Source: Methylophaga frappieri (lineage in GTDB: Bacteria > Pseudomonadota > Gammaproteobacteria > Nitrosococcales > Methylophagaceae). Taken from it: a DNA stretch of 32,000 bases. Location of the stretch: positions 1,770,001 to 1,802,000 of the forward strand of contig NC_017856.1 in assembly GCF_000260965.1 (NCBI RefSeq). Direction: 5' to 3'. The notes beneath the pieces were generated by a model, which searched no databases, had not been told where the DNA came from, and saw only the letters and a program-made list of their open reading frames with translations. Shown here piece by piece: positions 17,024 to 25,213 of this stretch; positions within the stretch are counted from its first letter, which is position 1, and each line of letters opens with the position of its first letter. The translations under genes were made by a program, and so were the position numbers.

Positions 17024-18135
17024 GTCAGACTTCTGCCAACTTTACTGAAATTCTCGCGCAACTGGCATTAACGCTGCCTGCCGAACTGCAATCACAATGC
17101 CTCGATTTGTTGAATGAGGCTACACAATATAGCGGAACGTACTCCGCCGCACACATGCGCGGTCATCTTTACCCTGCCGCACTGGCCGGACAGATACTTG
17201 CTGGTTTGCATCAGGGCAATCTGCTTTCTCCATCGCTATCACCAAAACTGGCTCAGGCTGAACAAGAAGTTAAAACGCAGCTTTGTCGACTATTTCATTT
17301 TCCAGATATGCATTTTACGCCGGGTGGCAGCTACAGTAATGTCGAAGCGCTGTCGATGGCAAAACAACGCTACCCAAACAGGCATTGGGTTTATGCCGGG
17401 CAGGATGCACACTACTCGGTAGCAAAAGCCTGTCAAACACTCGGGCTGTCCCTACAGCTTTTTCCGGATGATTTTTCGCTTTGGCAACAAGCCTGTGAAG
17501 TGCCGCCTGTGGCAATGATTCAAACGTTTGGCACCACCAGCAGCGGTCAAATCAGTCCTTCATTTGAGTTAACCACACTCATGCCAGATAAGGATTTTTG
17601 GTGGCATATTGACGCTGCATGGGGCGGTTTTAAAGCCTTTTTGGTCGATCCACAGCTTAAGCAGCTTAGCGCGCTTGCTGACTCACTTTGCTTTGACCCA
17701 CATAAAGCGCTAGGGCAACCAAGGCCTTGCGGCACACTATTTTATCGGCAACCATTGGCGCCATTACCGATACAAGCAGATTATCTTTGTGCTCAGCCAG
17801 ACTCACGACTACCTGGATCTTATGGCGCCGAATATTTCCTGCCATTATGGCTAACCTTAAAACAGCATGGACTGCAACAGATACAAACTGATCTGAAAAA
17901 AAATCTGCACAATGCCCGAGTATTACATGATTGGCTCACTCAACGTGGTGTCAAGGTGCTCGATTCGCCAACAGCTTTGGTGTGTTTTCAGACCTCGGTT
18001 GATTTACAGGCCTTAGTCCAAACAGGCATCATCTCTGCAACGCTGATTAATCAACAGTTGTGGTATCGGTTGGTTTTTGCTGACAGGACCTGTCAGGCAT
18101 CCGCGGTCATTAATCAATTGGCGGCTTATCTTTAA
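17020..18135 (+). CDS. Group II PLP-dependent amino-acid decarboxylase; candidate MfnA-like (tyrosine/aspartate decarboxylase family)
   Basis: PLP-lysine motif CFDPHKALGQP, GGSYSNVEAL, HIDAAWGG; 371 aa. Start overlaps the upstream stop (17020-17023). Confidence 0.75.
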   Translation: MSQTSANFTEILAQLALTLPAELQSQCLDLLNEATQYSGTYSAAHMRGHLYPAALAGQILAGLHQGNLLSPSLSPKLAQAEQEVKTQLCRLFHFPDMHFTPGGSYSNVEALSMAKQRYPNRHWVYAGQDAHYSVAKACQTLGLSLQLFPDDFSLWQQACEVPPVAMIQTFGTTSSGQISPSFELTTLMPDKDFWWHIDAAWGGFKAFLVDPQLKQLSALADSLCFDPHKALGQPRPCGTLFYRQPLAPLPIQADYLCAQPDSRLPGSYGAEYFLPLWLTLKQHGLQQIQTDLKKNLHNARVLHDWLTQRGVKVLDSPTALVCFQTSVDLQALVQTGIISATLINQQLWYRLVFADRTCQASAVINQLAAYL

Positions 18136-19633
18136 TTTGCTGTTGGACACCTTGAAAGCGACGTAACCAAGTTGAGATGCCACTCAACGGGGCAGCCCAG
18201 TTTTTACTTGCTTGAACTGCGGCACGCTTGTTTGGATACACGCCATAAATAAGGGCATACCAGTTTTTTCCCTCGCGCAAACTGGCAAATATTGCATAAT
18301 CTTCTTGCAGATCATGGTGTTGCACAAAACGATCAATTTCAGTGCGATCCCAAGAGCCCATCAGCTGAAACGTGTAATGAACCGCATTTTGTTGCATTAC
18401 CCAGTTCGCATCTTTCGTTGGCGTTATCGGCTTAGATTGTGGCTCTGACATTTGCTGCTGGGGCTCAGAAACACGGGGACTTGATGCCACAACCTCATCA
18501 ACCTCTTCAAGGCCCGCTTCAGAATCAGTTTCCTCAATGTCGTCAACTTCTACCAAGTCTGGCTGTGCTACGGAGACGGGCTCCCTGTCCCGAGTGAGCT
18601 GATCTGCTTCAAGGTCGTCCAGTAAATTAATCAGCTCTTGCTTTTCTGCCTCCTCATTACTGGTCACTTTGTCAGACTCTACGGTGATCGTCGGTATCTC
18701 AGCAGGTGCCTCAATCTCAATGACATTGGTCTCGTGATCGTCGGTTGATGTGCTTAGCCAGCTATTGATCGTTTGTTGAAAAACAAGCAGTAAAATACCA
18801 GCGATAATCACCGGGATCATCGGCAGCCATTTCATCCAGCGAGGGGGATTCCAGGTTGGCAATGCTGGCAATGACCACCGACCTTCAAAGCCCATCAGCG
18901 TCTGGTGTGCCTGATGATTGGCTTCGCTGGGAATACCTTTGCTACGTCGCTGAATTCGATTTAACTGTTTTTCGGTAAATGGCAGACTGTCTTGCCAGCC
19001 AGCAGCTTGTAAACGTTGCAGCAGATAACCCGAAATTTCTTTTTCGACAAGCCCCCCCAAAGACAGAACCTGCAAACGGTCACTTTGCATTGGCTGAATG
19101 GCACTGACATGGGATGTCGTCAAAACAGCACGCCAAAGGAACTGTTCTGATTCTTGCCATTGCAGCCAATGCCCCAATTGTTGTTGCATCTCAGCGGAAA
19201 GCTGATCCACATCATCTATCAAAAGAACCGGGGTCACATTGGCCTGCTTTAATTGTTGCAATCGTTGCCGTAGTAGCTGTTGCAAATCAGTGGGCAGTTC
19301 CCAGTCACCACTCGACCCAAACGTTCGTAAGCATTTATCCAGAAGTAATTGCGGGCTGGTGATCTCTTGCGCCCGAATCACGCAACAGCGCAGATCTTCC
19401 GCAGCTTTCTGATTCAGCGCCGTCAACAGGGTTGTTTTACCATATCCAGCCGGTGCGACAATAACCGGAATCTGCGTCGTACTTCTCAACAGGTGCAAAC
19501 ACAAATTCAGGTTTTGCTCGAATTGCTGGCCCATGTATATTGCGCCGTTCAATAGACGGGCACTGAACGGATTACTATGTAATGCCAGTCTGTCCAGGTA
19601 GACAGGTTCGGCAGTCGCATGTAACTCCGTCAT
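18110..19633 (-). CDS. ExeA/MshM-like AAA+ ATPase, single TM helix, acidic linker and C-terminal SPOR domain. It occupies the DamX position downstream of aroK-aroB.
   Basis: NPFS N-terminal motif, Walker A APAGYGKTTLL (aa 61-70), Walker B VLLIDDVDQL. TM helix WMKWLPMIPVIIAGILLLVF (about aa 266-286). D/E-rich linker (about aa 297-380). SPOR-like C-terminus YTFQLMGSWDR...NWYALIYGVYPNKRAAVQA (about aa 408-495). Confidence 0.8.
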   Translation of the reverse strand: MTELHATAEPVYLDRLALHSNPFSARLLNGAIYMGQQFEQNLNLCLHLLRSTTQIPVIVAPAGYGKTTLLTALNQKAAEDLRCCVIRAQEITSPQLLLDKCLRTFGSSGDWELPTDLQQLLRQRLQQLKQANVTPVLLIDDVDQLSAEMQQQLGHWLQWQESEQFLWRAVLTTSHVSAIQPMQSDRLQVLSLGGLVEKEISGYLLQRLQAAGWQDSLPFTEKQLNRIQRRSKGIPSEANHQAHQTLMGFEGRWSLPALPTWNPPRWMKWLPMIPVIIAGILLLVFQQTINSWLSTSTDDHETNVIEIEAPAEIPTITVESDKVTSNEEAEKQELINLLDDLEADQLTRDREPVSVAQPDLVEVDDIEETDSEAGLEEVDEVVASSPRVSEPQQQMSEPQSKPITPTKDANWVMQQNAVHYTFQLMGSWDRTEIDRFVQHHDLQEDYAIFASLREGKNWYALIYGVYPNKRAAVQASKNWAAPLSGISTWLRRFQGVQQQIKDKPPID

Positions 19634-19645
19634 CTCGGGTACCTG

Positions 19646-20728
19646 TTATTGGCAAAAATGCGTCAAGGTAGCATCCAATGCAGACGGTTCATAGTCATCG
19701 CTTAATACAGCTTTGCCAATCGCTGTCAGCAAAATAAGCCGAATCGCACCATCCTGCACTTTTTTATCCACCGCCATCAATGACATAAACTGATCAGGGG
19801 TCATCGTTTCCGGCACCGTTATGGGTAATCTGGCCGCATTTAAAATCGCCTGAACGCGTTTGACATCATCGGCGCTAATCCAGCCTAAGCATTGCGACAT
19901 CCACGCCGCCATAACCATACCTATTGCTATCGCTTCACCATGCAAGACTTGACCATAACCACAGCCTGTCTCAATCGCATGGCCAAAAGTATGCCCCAAA
20001 TTTAGTAATGCTCGCAGGCCGGTTTCATATTCATCCGCAGCAACAATATCAGCTTTGTCTTGGCAAGAACGAGCGATAGCCTGGGCCAATAGCTCCGGAT
20101 CCCGATCCATCAGTTTTGTCATATTCTCCTCCAGCCATGAGAAGAACTCGATATCATTGATCAATCCATATTTGATGACTTCCGCCATACCGGCCGAAAA
20201 CTGTCGATCATCAAGGGTATTGAGCGTTGCCGTATCAGCAAACACACATTGTGGCTGATAAAACGCGCCTATCATGTTTTTCCCCAACGGATGATTGACT
20301 GCTGTTTTGCCACCAACAGAAGAGTCAACCTGTGATAGTAAGGTGGTTGGTACCTGAATAAATGGCACACCGCGCTGGTAACAGGCAGCAGCAAACCCGG
20401 CCATGTCACCTATCACGCCGCCGCCCAGCGCAACAATAGTTGCCTGCCGCGAAAAGCGGGCCTTCAACATATGGTCAAAAACCCGTGACATGATTTCCAG
20501 TGTTTTGTACTGTTCGCCATCGGGCAAGATGATCTTTTCCGTTCGATAGTCCTGTAAAGAGGTCATAACGACATCCAGGTACAGTGGTGCCACGGTCTCA
20601 TTGGTCACCACCAACACTTCTCTGCTTTTGATATGGCTGGCAAACAGGCTACTTTCAGTCAGAATATTCTGTCCAATATAAATTGGATAACTTCGCGCCC
20701 CTAGGGCTACCTGCAAGGTTTTCATCAT
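19646..20728 (-). CDS. aroB: 3-dehydroquinate synthase
   Basis: LGGGVIGDMAGFAAA, VDSSVGGKTAVNHP, NLGHTFGHAIE, HGEAIAIGM; 360 aa. Start overlaps the aroK stop. Confidence 0.93.
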   Translation of the reverse strand: MMKTLQVALGARSYPIYIGQNILTESSLFASHIKSREVLVVTNETVAPLYLDVVMTSLQDYRTEKIILPDGEQYKTLEIMSRVFDHMLKARFSRQATIVALGGGVIGDMAGFAAACYQRGVPFIQVPTTLLSQVDSSVGGKTAVNHPLGKNMIGAFYQPQCVFADTATLNTLDDRQFSAGMAEVIKYGLINDIEFFSWLEENMTKLMDRDPELLAQAIARSCQDKADIVAADEYETGLRALLNLGHTFGHAIETGCGYGQVLHGEAIAIGMVMAAWMSQCLGWISADDVKRVQAILNAARLPITVPETMTPDQFMSLMAVDKKVQDGAIRLILLTAIGKAVLSDDYEPSALDATLTHFCQ

Positions 20729-21258
20729 AGCTTGGTTTCTTTCTGTTTTTGTTCGAGTTTGCGAATCACTTCTGTCACGGTACGTTGTACAGATTGCTCG
20801 CCAGTCAGAACCACAATATCGGCTATCTCACGATACAGCGGATCTCGCTTGGTCAATAACGATTTAATCTGCTTCTTTTTATCTCCGGTTTGCAGCAAAG
20901 GCCTGGATTTATCACGTGCCATTCGCCGAAACAGCTGTTCCGCACTCGCTGCTAAATAAATCACTGTGCCTCGTTCAGACAGATATTGTCGATTCATTTC
21001 AGCTAAAACCGCTCCCCCTCCGGTAGCGAGCACAATATTATCCATCTCGGTCAGAGCTTCGATCATTTTCTGCTCTCGTTCCCGAAAACCGGCTTCCCCT
21101 TCCATTTCAAATATCCAAGAGATAGACACACCCGTTCGTTGCTCAATCTCACGATCACTATCAAGAAAGGTTCGGCGCAACCGTTTCGCCAGATGTCGAC
21201 CAATTGTCGACTTCCCTGCGCCCATCGGCCCAACCAGAAAAAGATTACCTGTAATCAC
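20725..21258 (-). CDS. aroK: Shikimate kinase I
   Basis: LVGPMGAGKSTIGR Walker A, LATGGGAV, RPLL; 177 aa. GTG start at 21258, with an in-frame TAA just upstream. Confidence 0.92.
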   Translation of the reverse strand: MITGNLFLVGPMGAGKSTIGRHLAKRLRRTFLDSDREIEQRTGVSISWIFEMEGEAGFREREQKMIEALTEMDNIVLATGGGAVLAEMNRQYLSERGTVIYLAASAEQLFRRMARDKSRPLLQTGDKKKQIKSLLTKRDPLYREIADIVVLTGEQSVQRTVTEVIRKLEQKQKETKL

Positions 21259-21297
21259 GATGCGCCCGATCTCTTAACTTTATTTTAGTCCTGTGAC

Positions 21298-21330
21298 AAA
21301 AAAGCCGGGTCGAACATAGCCGACCCGGCT
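21298..21330 (-). terminator. Rho-independent terminator or attenuator between pilQ and aroK
   Basis: On the minus strand: 9-10 bp GC-rich stem (21304-21312 / 21321-21329, GCCGGGTCG/CGACCCGGC), 8-nt loop, then T6 (complement of A6 at 21298-21303). It lies 25 nt after the pilQ stop. Confidence 0.75.
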
Positions 21331-21354
21331 TCTATTTTAACAGTCTCTCAAGAC

Positions 21355-23496
21355 TTAGTAAGTTAAGCCTTCTTTAACAATTTTTGGGGTTACAAAAACG
21401 AGAAGCTCACGTTGCCGGTCTTCATTGAGCGTACTTCGGAATAGTGCCCCTACGTAAGGCAAGTCACCAAAAAATGGCACCCTGGTGACCTGATTATTTT
21501 TGGTTTGTTCATAGATACCGCCAAGCACCACAGTTTCTCCATTATCAACAAGGACTTGGGTTTTAACGCTCCGCGTATCGATACTGGGTACATTCAAGAA
21601 AATTTCGCCCACTTCGTCTTTGTTAACCTCCAGATCCATCACAATACGATCATCTGGTGTAATTTGCGGGGTGACGTCCAGTTTTAGCACGGCTTCTTTG
21701 AAAGAAACCGAGGTCGCGCCACTTGATGAGGCTTCTTGATATGGGATCTCTGTACCTTGTTCAATGGTTGCTTGCTTCTGGTTAGAAGTAATGACGCGTG
21801 GGCTGGAAATCACCTCACCGCGGCCCTCTTCCTGCATTGCTGACAATTCCAACTCCAAAATCATCCCCAATGGTAATTTGGCAAGCGCAAGCGCTATGGA
21901 ACCAGCTGGATTAGCGACCGGCAAATTCACATTTAAATCACTACCAACAGAGTTAATAGCTCGAACCTGATCACTATTATTCGTATTTAAATCCAGGCCA
22001 TTGAGACTACCAGATGTCCCCGCACCGAGTGTGTTACTTTGTGCTGAAGTACCAAACCTGACGCCTAACTCTTTACCAAAGTCGTTATTCGCAATGACAA
22101 TACGCGACTCAATTAAGACTTGTCGGACTGGGATATCCAGGCTTTCAATTAAACGACGTACTTCAAGCAAACCATCTGCGGTATCTCTTAGCAGTAGGGA
22201 GTTGGTTCGTTCATCAACCACGACGCTGCCGCGTTCTGATAAGAAGCCACCTTGACCATCGGCAGACTTACCTTGTGTGGTAGTCAGAATCGTGGCAATT
22301 TCAGACGCTTTGGCAAAATTGACTTCTATAATTTCAGAATATAAAGGTTCGAGCTCAACTAACTGTTTTCGGGCTTCCAGCTCCTGTTTTTCACGAGCCG
22401 CAATCTCGGCGGCGGGCGCAATCAACATAACGTTGCCATTTTGGCGCATCGCCAGACCTTTGGTTTTGAGAATAATATCCAGCGCTTGATCCCAAGGCAC
22501 ATTCTTCAATCGCAGTGTCAGGTTACCACTGACGGTATCACTGGTAACCAAGTTCATCCCGTTAAAGTCAGCCAACAACTGCAATACCGCACGCACCTCG
22601 ATATTCTGAAAATTCAATGACAGCTTTTCACCAGAGTAGACTTGTTGTTCACCACGCGCATCCCGCTCCGATTCGGCACTCGCCCGTGATTTCACTTCAA
22701 CGACCAGCTGATCATCCGATTGGTAAGCTAAATGCTGAAAATCCTGGTTTGTTGATAAGATGATTCGCGTCCCGTCACGCTGCTGTTCGGCATCAATCAT
22801 CGTCACTGGTGTAGCAAAATCCACCACATCTAATCGGCGGTGCAGGTTTTCAGGCAAACTCACGCCCGGTAATTCCACCACGACCGTATCCCGTTCTTGG
22901 CGGACATCAATCGCCGCACCCGGTGCCGCCAGATTTAATATCAACCGACCTTCTCCGGACTCACCGCGACGAAAATCGACATTCGTCACCTGGTTTGCAG
23001 ATAAGTCACGTGGAATACTGCGACGCTCATCGGCTGCCATGCCTTGCGAGCGGCTAGACAGCATCACTTTAACTGTATTGCCCTGCGTCGTAATTTCATA
23101 AGGAATTTTACGTAACAAGTTAATGACCATGCGGGTACGCTCTCCCGCTTCGACTGTGGCAATACTGCGTGTGTCACCATTATTAACCTGCTTGGTTCGC
23201 TCAGCTAATTTATTTTTGACACCATGAAAATCCAGCACAATCCGCGCCGGATCATCCGTGGCAAAACTTTCCGGTTTCACTACGGACTCTGAAAAAGTCA
23301 GCGTGACTTGTGCTTTATCGCCGGGAAGTGCCGCGAACTCCAAGTCCTGTAAATCAGCGGCCTGCGCCTGATTGGTACTCAGCCACATTAACAAGATGCC
23401 ACTAAGTCCGACTTTGAGACGCTTTTTAGCTGCTCCACTAAACCGGTTTGCTGTGATTTTTTTTCTGTCCATTGTCATTACGTCTCTATTAGTCAT
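21355..23496 (-). CDS. pilQ: Type IV pilus secretin PilQ
   Basis: Signal peptide ending ...STNQAQA-AD. Two AMIN-like N-terminal repeats (LEFAALPGDKAQVTLTF; VTNVDFRRGESGEGRLILNL). Secretin C-domain (VPFFGDLPYVGALFR, LLVFVTPKIV). 713 aa. Alternative starts at 23478 or 23472 are possible. Confidence 0.93.
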   Translation of the reverse strand: MTNRDVMTMDRKKITANRFSGAAKKRLKVGLSGILLMWLSTNQAQAADLQDLEFAALPGDKAQVTLTFSESVVKPESFATDDPARIVLDFHGVKNKLAERTKQVNNGDTRSIATVEAGERTRMVINLLRKIPYEITTQGNTVKVMLSSRSQGMAADERRSIPRDLSANQVTNVDFRRGESGEGRLILNLAAPGAAIDVRQERDTVVVELPGVSLPENLHRRLDVVDFATPVTMIDAEQQRDGTRIILSTNQDFQHLAYQSDDQLVVEVKSRASAESERDARGEQQVYSGEKLSLNFQNIEVRAVLQLLADFNGMNLVTSDTVSGNLTLRLKNVPWDQALDIILKTKGLAMRQNGNVMLIAPAAEIAAREKQELEARKQLVELEPLYSEIIEVNFAKASEIATILTTTQGKSADGQGGFLSERGSVVVDERTNSLLLRDTADGLLEVRRLIESLDIPVRQVLIESRIVIANNDFGKELGVRFGTSAQSNTLGAGTSGSLNGLDLNTNNSDQVRAINSVGSDLNVNLPVANPAGSIALALAKLPLGMILELELSAMQEEGRGEVISSPRVITSNQKQATIEQGTEIPYQEASSSGATSVSFKEAVLKLDVTPQITPDDRIVMDLEVNKDEVGEIFLNVPSIDTRSVKTQVLVDNGETVVLGGIYEQTKNNQVTRVPFFGDLPYVGALFRSTLNEDRQRELLVFVTPKIVKEGLTY

Positions 23497-23508
23497 GTCA
23501 GCTGGCCT

Positions 23509-24066
23509 TTAATTAATCTCAACCACTGAAAGCGCCGCTTCCCGCTCTTTGTAACCATTGCCATCTGGCACAATTTCCGTCAGCTTAATATCACTCTCAC
23601 TTATCGCGGTTACTTCGCCGTAGTTCATGCCCATATAATTCCCGACACGCACTTTATGAATTACGCTATCTGGTGCGCGAACCAAAGCCCATAAAGTTTC
23701 TTGTTCAAGCGTGCCGACAAATCGTAGTTCTGATAATTGGAAGAATTCGAGTGCCTCTTTGCGCCGATTGGTATCAGGTGCAATACCATTATCTGGCCCT
23801 GTTTCCACTAAGGCCTCAGGCACATCGACAACGGTTGGCACAAATGGATCTCGCAGTTCTGTCGCCGCATATTCAAATTTTTGATATGGCTGCATCACAG
23901 GAATAGGCGGAATATCGGCTTGAGAACGTTGTTTTACCTCTTTCACGTAGGCATCCAAATCATCTTTTTCAGACTGGCAACCACTTAACGAGACGGCCCC
24001 AAGCAAAGCCAAAAGCCAAACCGTGAGACGGCGATGATAGAAAATAGGGTGAATTAACGCGATCAT
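23509..24066 (-). CDS. pilP: Type IV pilus assembly lipoprotein PilP
   Basis: Lipobox LSGC, 185 aa, positioned between pilO and pilQ. Confidence 0.85.
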   Translation of the reverse strand: MIALIHPIFYHRRLTVWLLALLGAVSLSGCQSEKDDLDAYVKEVKQRSQADIPPIPVMQPYQKFEYAATELRDPFVPTVVDVPEALVETGPDNGIAPDTNRRKEALEFFQLSELRFVGTLEQETLWALVRAPDSVIHKVRVGNYMGMNYGEVTAISESDIKLTEIVPDGNGYKEREAALSVVEIN

Positions 24067-24650
24067 TTTTCTTGCTCGTCAAAATAACGATAGGTTTTCG
24101 CTGACAGATCAATGGTCATCACGCCGGCATCCGTCATGGGTCCCATTTTGATATTGTGCAAGGTTACGATCCGCGGCAAAGCGGCAATGCCACTGGCAAA
24201 CTGACCAAATTGATGATATTTGCCAGTCAGTTTCATCGTTATTGGTAACTCCGCATAGAAGTCGATTGGACGCTCACCTTCCGGTTTGAACAACTCAAAT
24301 TCCAGCCCATTTTCCAGTCCGGTACGCGAAATATCGACCAGCAAATCAGCGACTTCATTTTTTCGTGGTAATTGTTGCAACATGGAGGCAAACAACACTT
24401 CCATTTCTTTCATTTGCTCTTTGTAAGCATCCAAATTCACGGCCTTGGCTTGCTTGGTTTCAAATACCTGCCGGAGCTCCGTTTCTTTTTGTTCGAGTTT
24501 TTCCAACTCAGCCCGCTTATCCTTAATGATGAAGTAATAGCCCGCTCCCCAGACTAAAGCACAAATCAGGATCAGTGCGGCTACTTTAACGACAAATGGC
24601 CACTCACCGCTTTCTTCAAAGTCCAGGTTTGATAATGCCCCGAGTTCCAT
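24063..24650 (-). CDS. pilO: Type IV pilus assembly protein PilO
   Basis: N-terminal ...GEWPFVVKVAALILICALV TM segment followed by a coiled coil; 195 aa. Conserved operon order. Confidence 0.85.
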   Translation of the reverse strand: MELGALSNLDFEESGEWPFVVKVAALILICALVWGAGYYFIIKDKRAELEKLEQKETELRQVFETKQAKAVNLDAYKEQMKEMEVLFASMLQQLPRKNEVADLLVDISRTGLENGLEFELFKPEGERPIDFYAELPITMKLTGKYHQFGQFASGIAALPRIVTLHNIKMGPMTDAGVMTIDLSAKTYRYFDEQEK

Positions 24651-25213
24651 TACTCTGCCCCCTCATCCTGTCCGGGTTTACTTTCGTCCACATCCAGCGT
24701 GAATTTTCGTATTGCATCATCACGTGTCGAAGTCCGTTGCACAACCCGCAGCTTGGATTCTTTAAATTCGGCATCTTCATCCAATTGACGCATTAACACC
24801 GAGACACGCGCATTGGTTTGGGCAACTCCTTGCAGCGTTAGCGTATCTCCCGTTCTTGAAATGGTTTCCAAGTGTGTCCCTTCTGGCAAATCTCGAACCA
24901 AGGCATCCAATACTTTTACAACCTTTGGTCGGCTTTGTTGTAATTCCTGAATCACTTCCATACGCGCAATGAGTCTTGCCCGTTTCTTTTCCAGATCCTG
25001 AATGTCTTTAATAATCTTATCGACCTTGGTAATTTCCTGCTGCAGAAACGCATTCCGTTGTTTCTGCTCATCCAGCAAGCCATTCGCAAAATTAGTGACA
25101 AAATACATCACGCCCAAGGCAAACAAGACCGTGATAAAAAGGGCAATATAAAATTGTTGTTGGCGCTCCTGACGACGCTCCTCACGCCAAGGCAGCAGAT
25201 TTATGTGTGCCAT
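24650..25213 (-). CDS. pilN: Type IV pilus assembly protein PilN
   Basis: Hallmark N-terminus MAHINLLPWREERR followed by a TM helix; 187 aa. Confidence 0.88.
   Translation of the reverse strand: MAHINLLPWREERRQERQQQFYIALFITVLFALGVMYFVTNFANGLLDEQKQRNAFLQQEITKVDKIIKDIQDLEKKRARLIARMEVIQELQQSRPKVVKVLDALVRDLPEGTHLETISRTGDTLTLQGVAQTNARVSVLMRQLDEDAEFKESKLRVVQRTSTRDDAIRKFTLDVDESKPGQDEGAE

Noticed and set aside
8917-18135. The H4MPT/methylofuran gene cluster considered as a horizontally acquired mobile island
   Set aside because: There is no integrase, transposase, tRNA, flanking direct repeat or IS remnant. By eye I see no compositional break relative to the flanking housekeeping genes (cca, aroB). 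The cluster is a metabolic island in the functional sense only.
18110-19633. The stand-alone AAA+ NTPase considered as part of a novel defence or toxin system
   Set aside because: There is no partner nuclease, effector or methylase. The protein has a TM helix and a SPOR domain and sits in the conserved aroK-aroB-damX position, so an envelope, division or secretin-assembly role is far more parsimonious.
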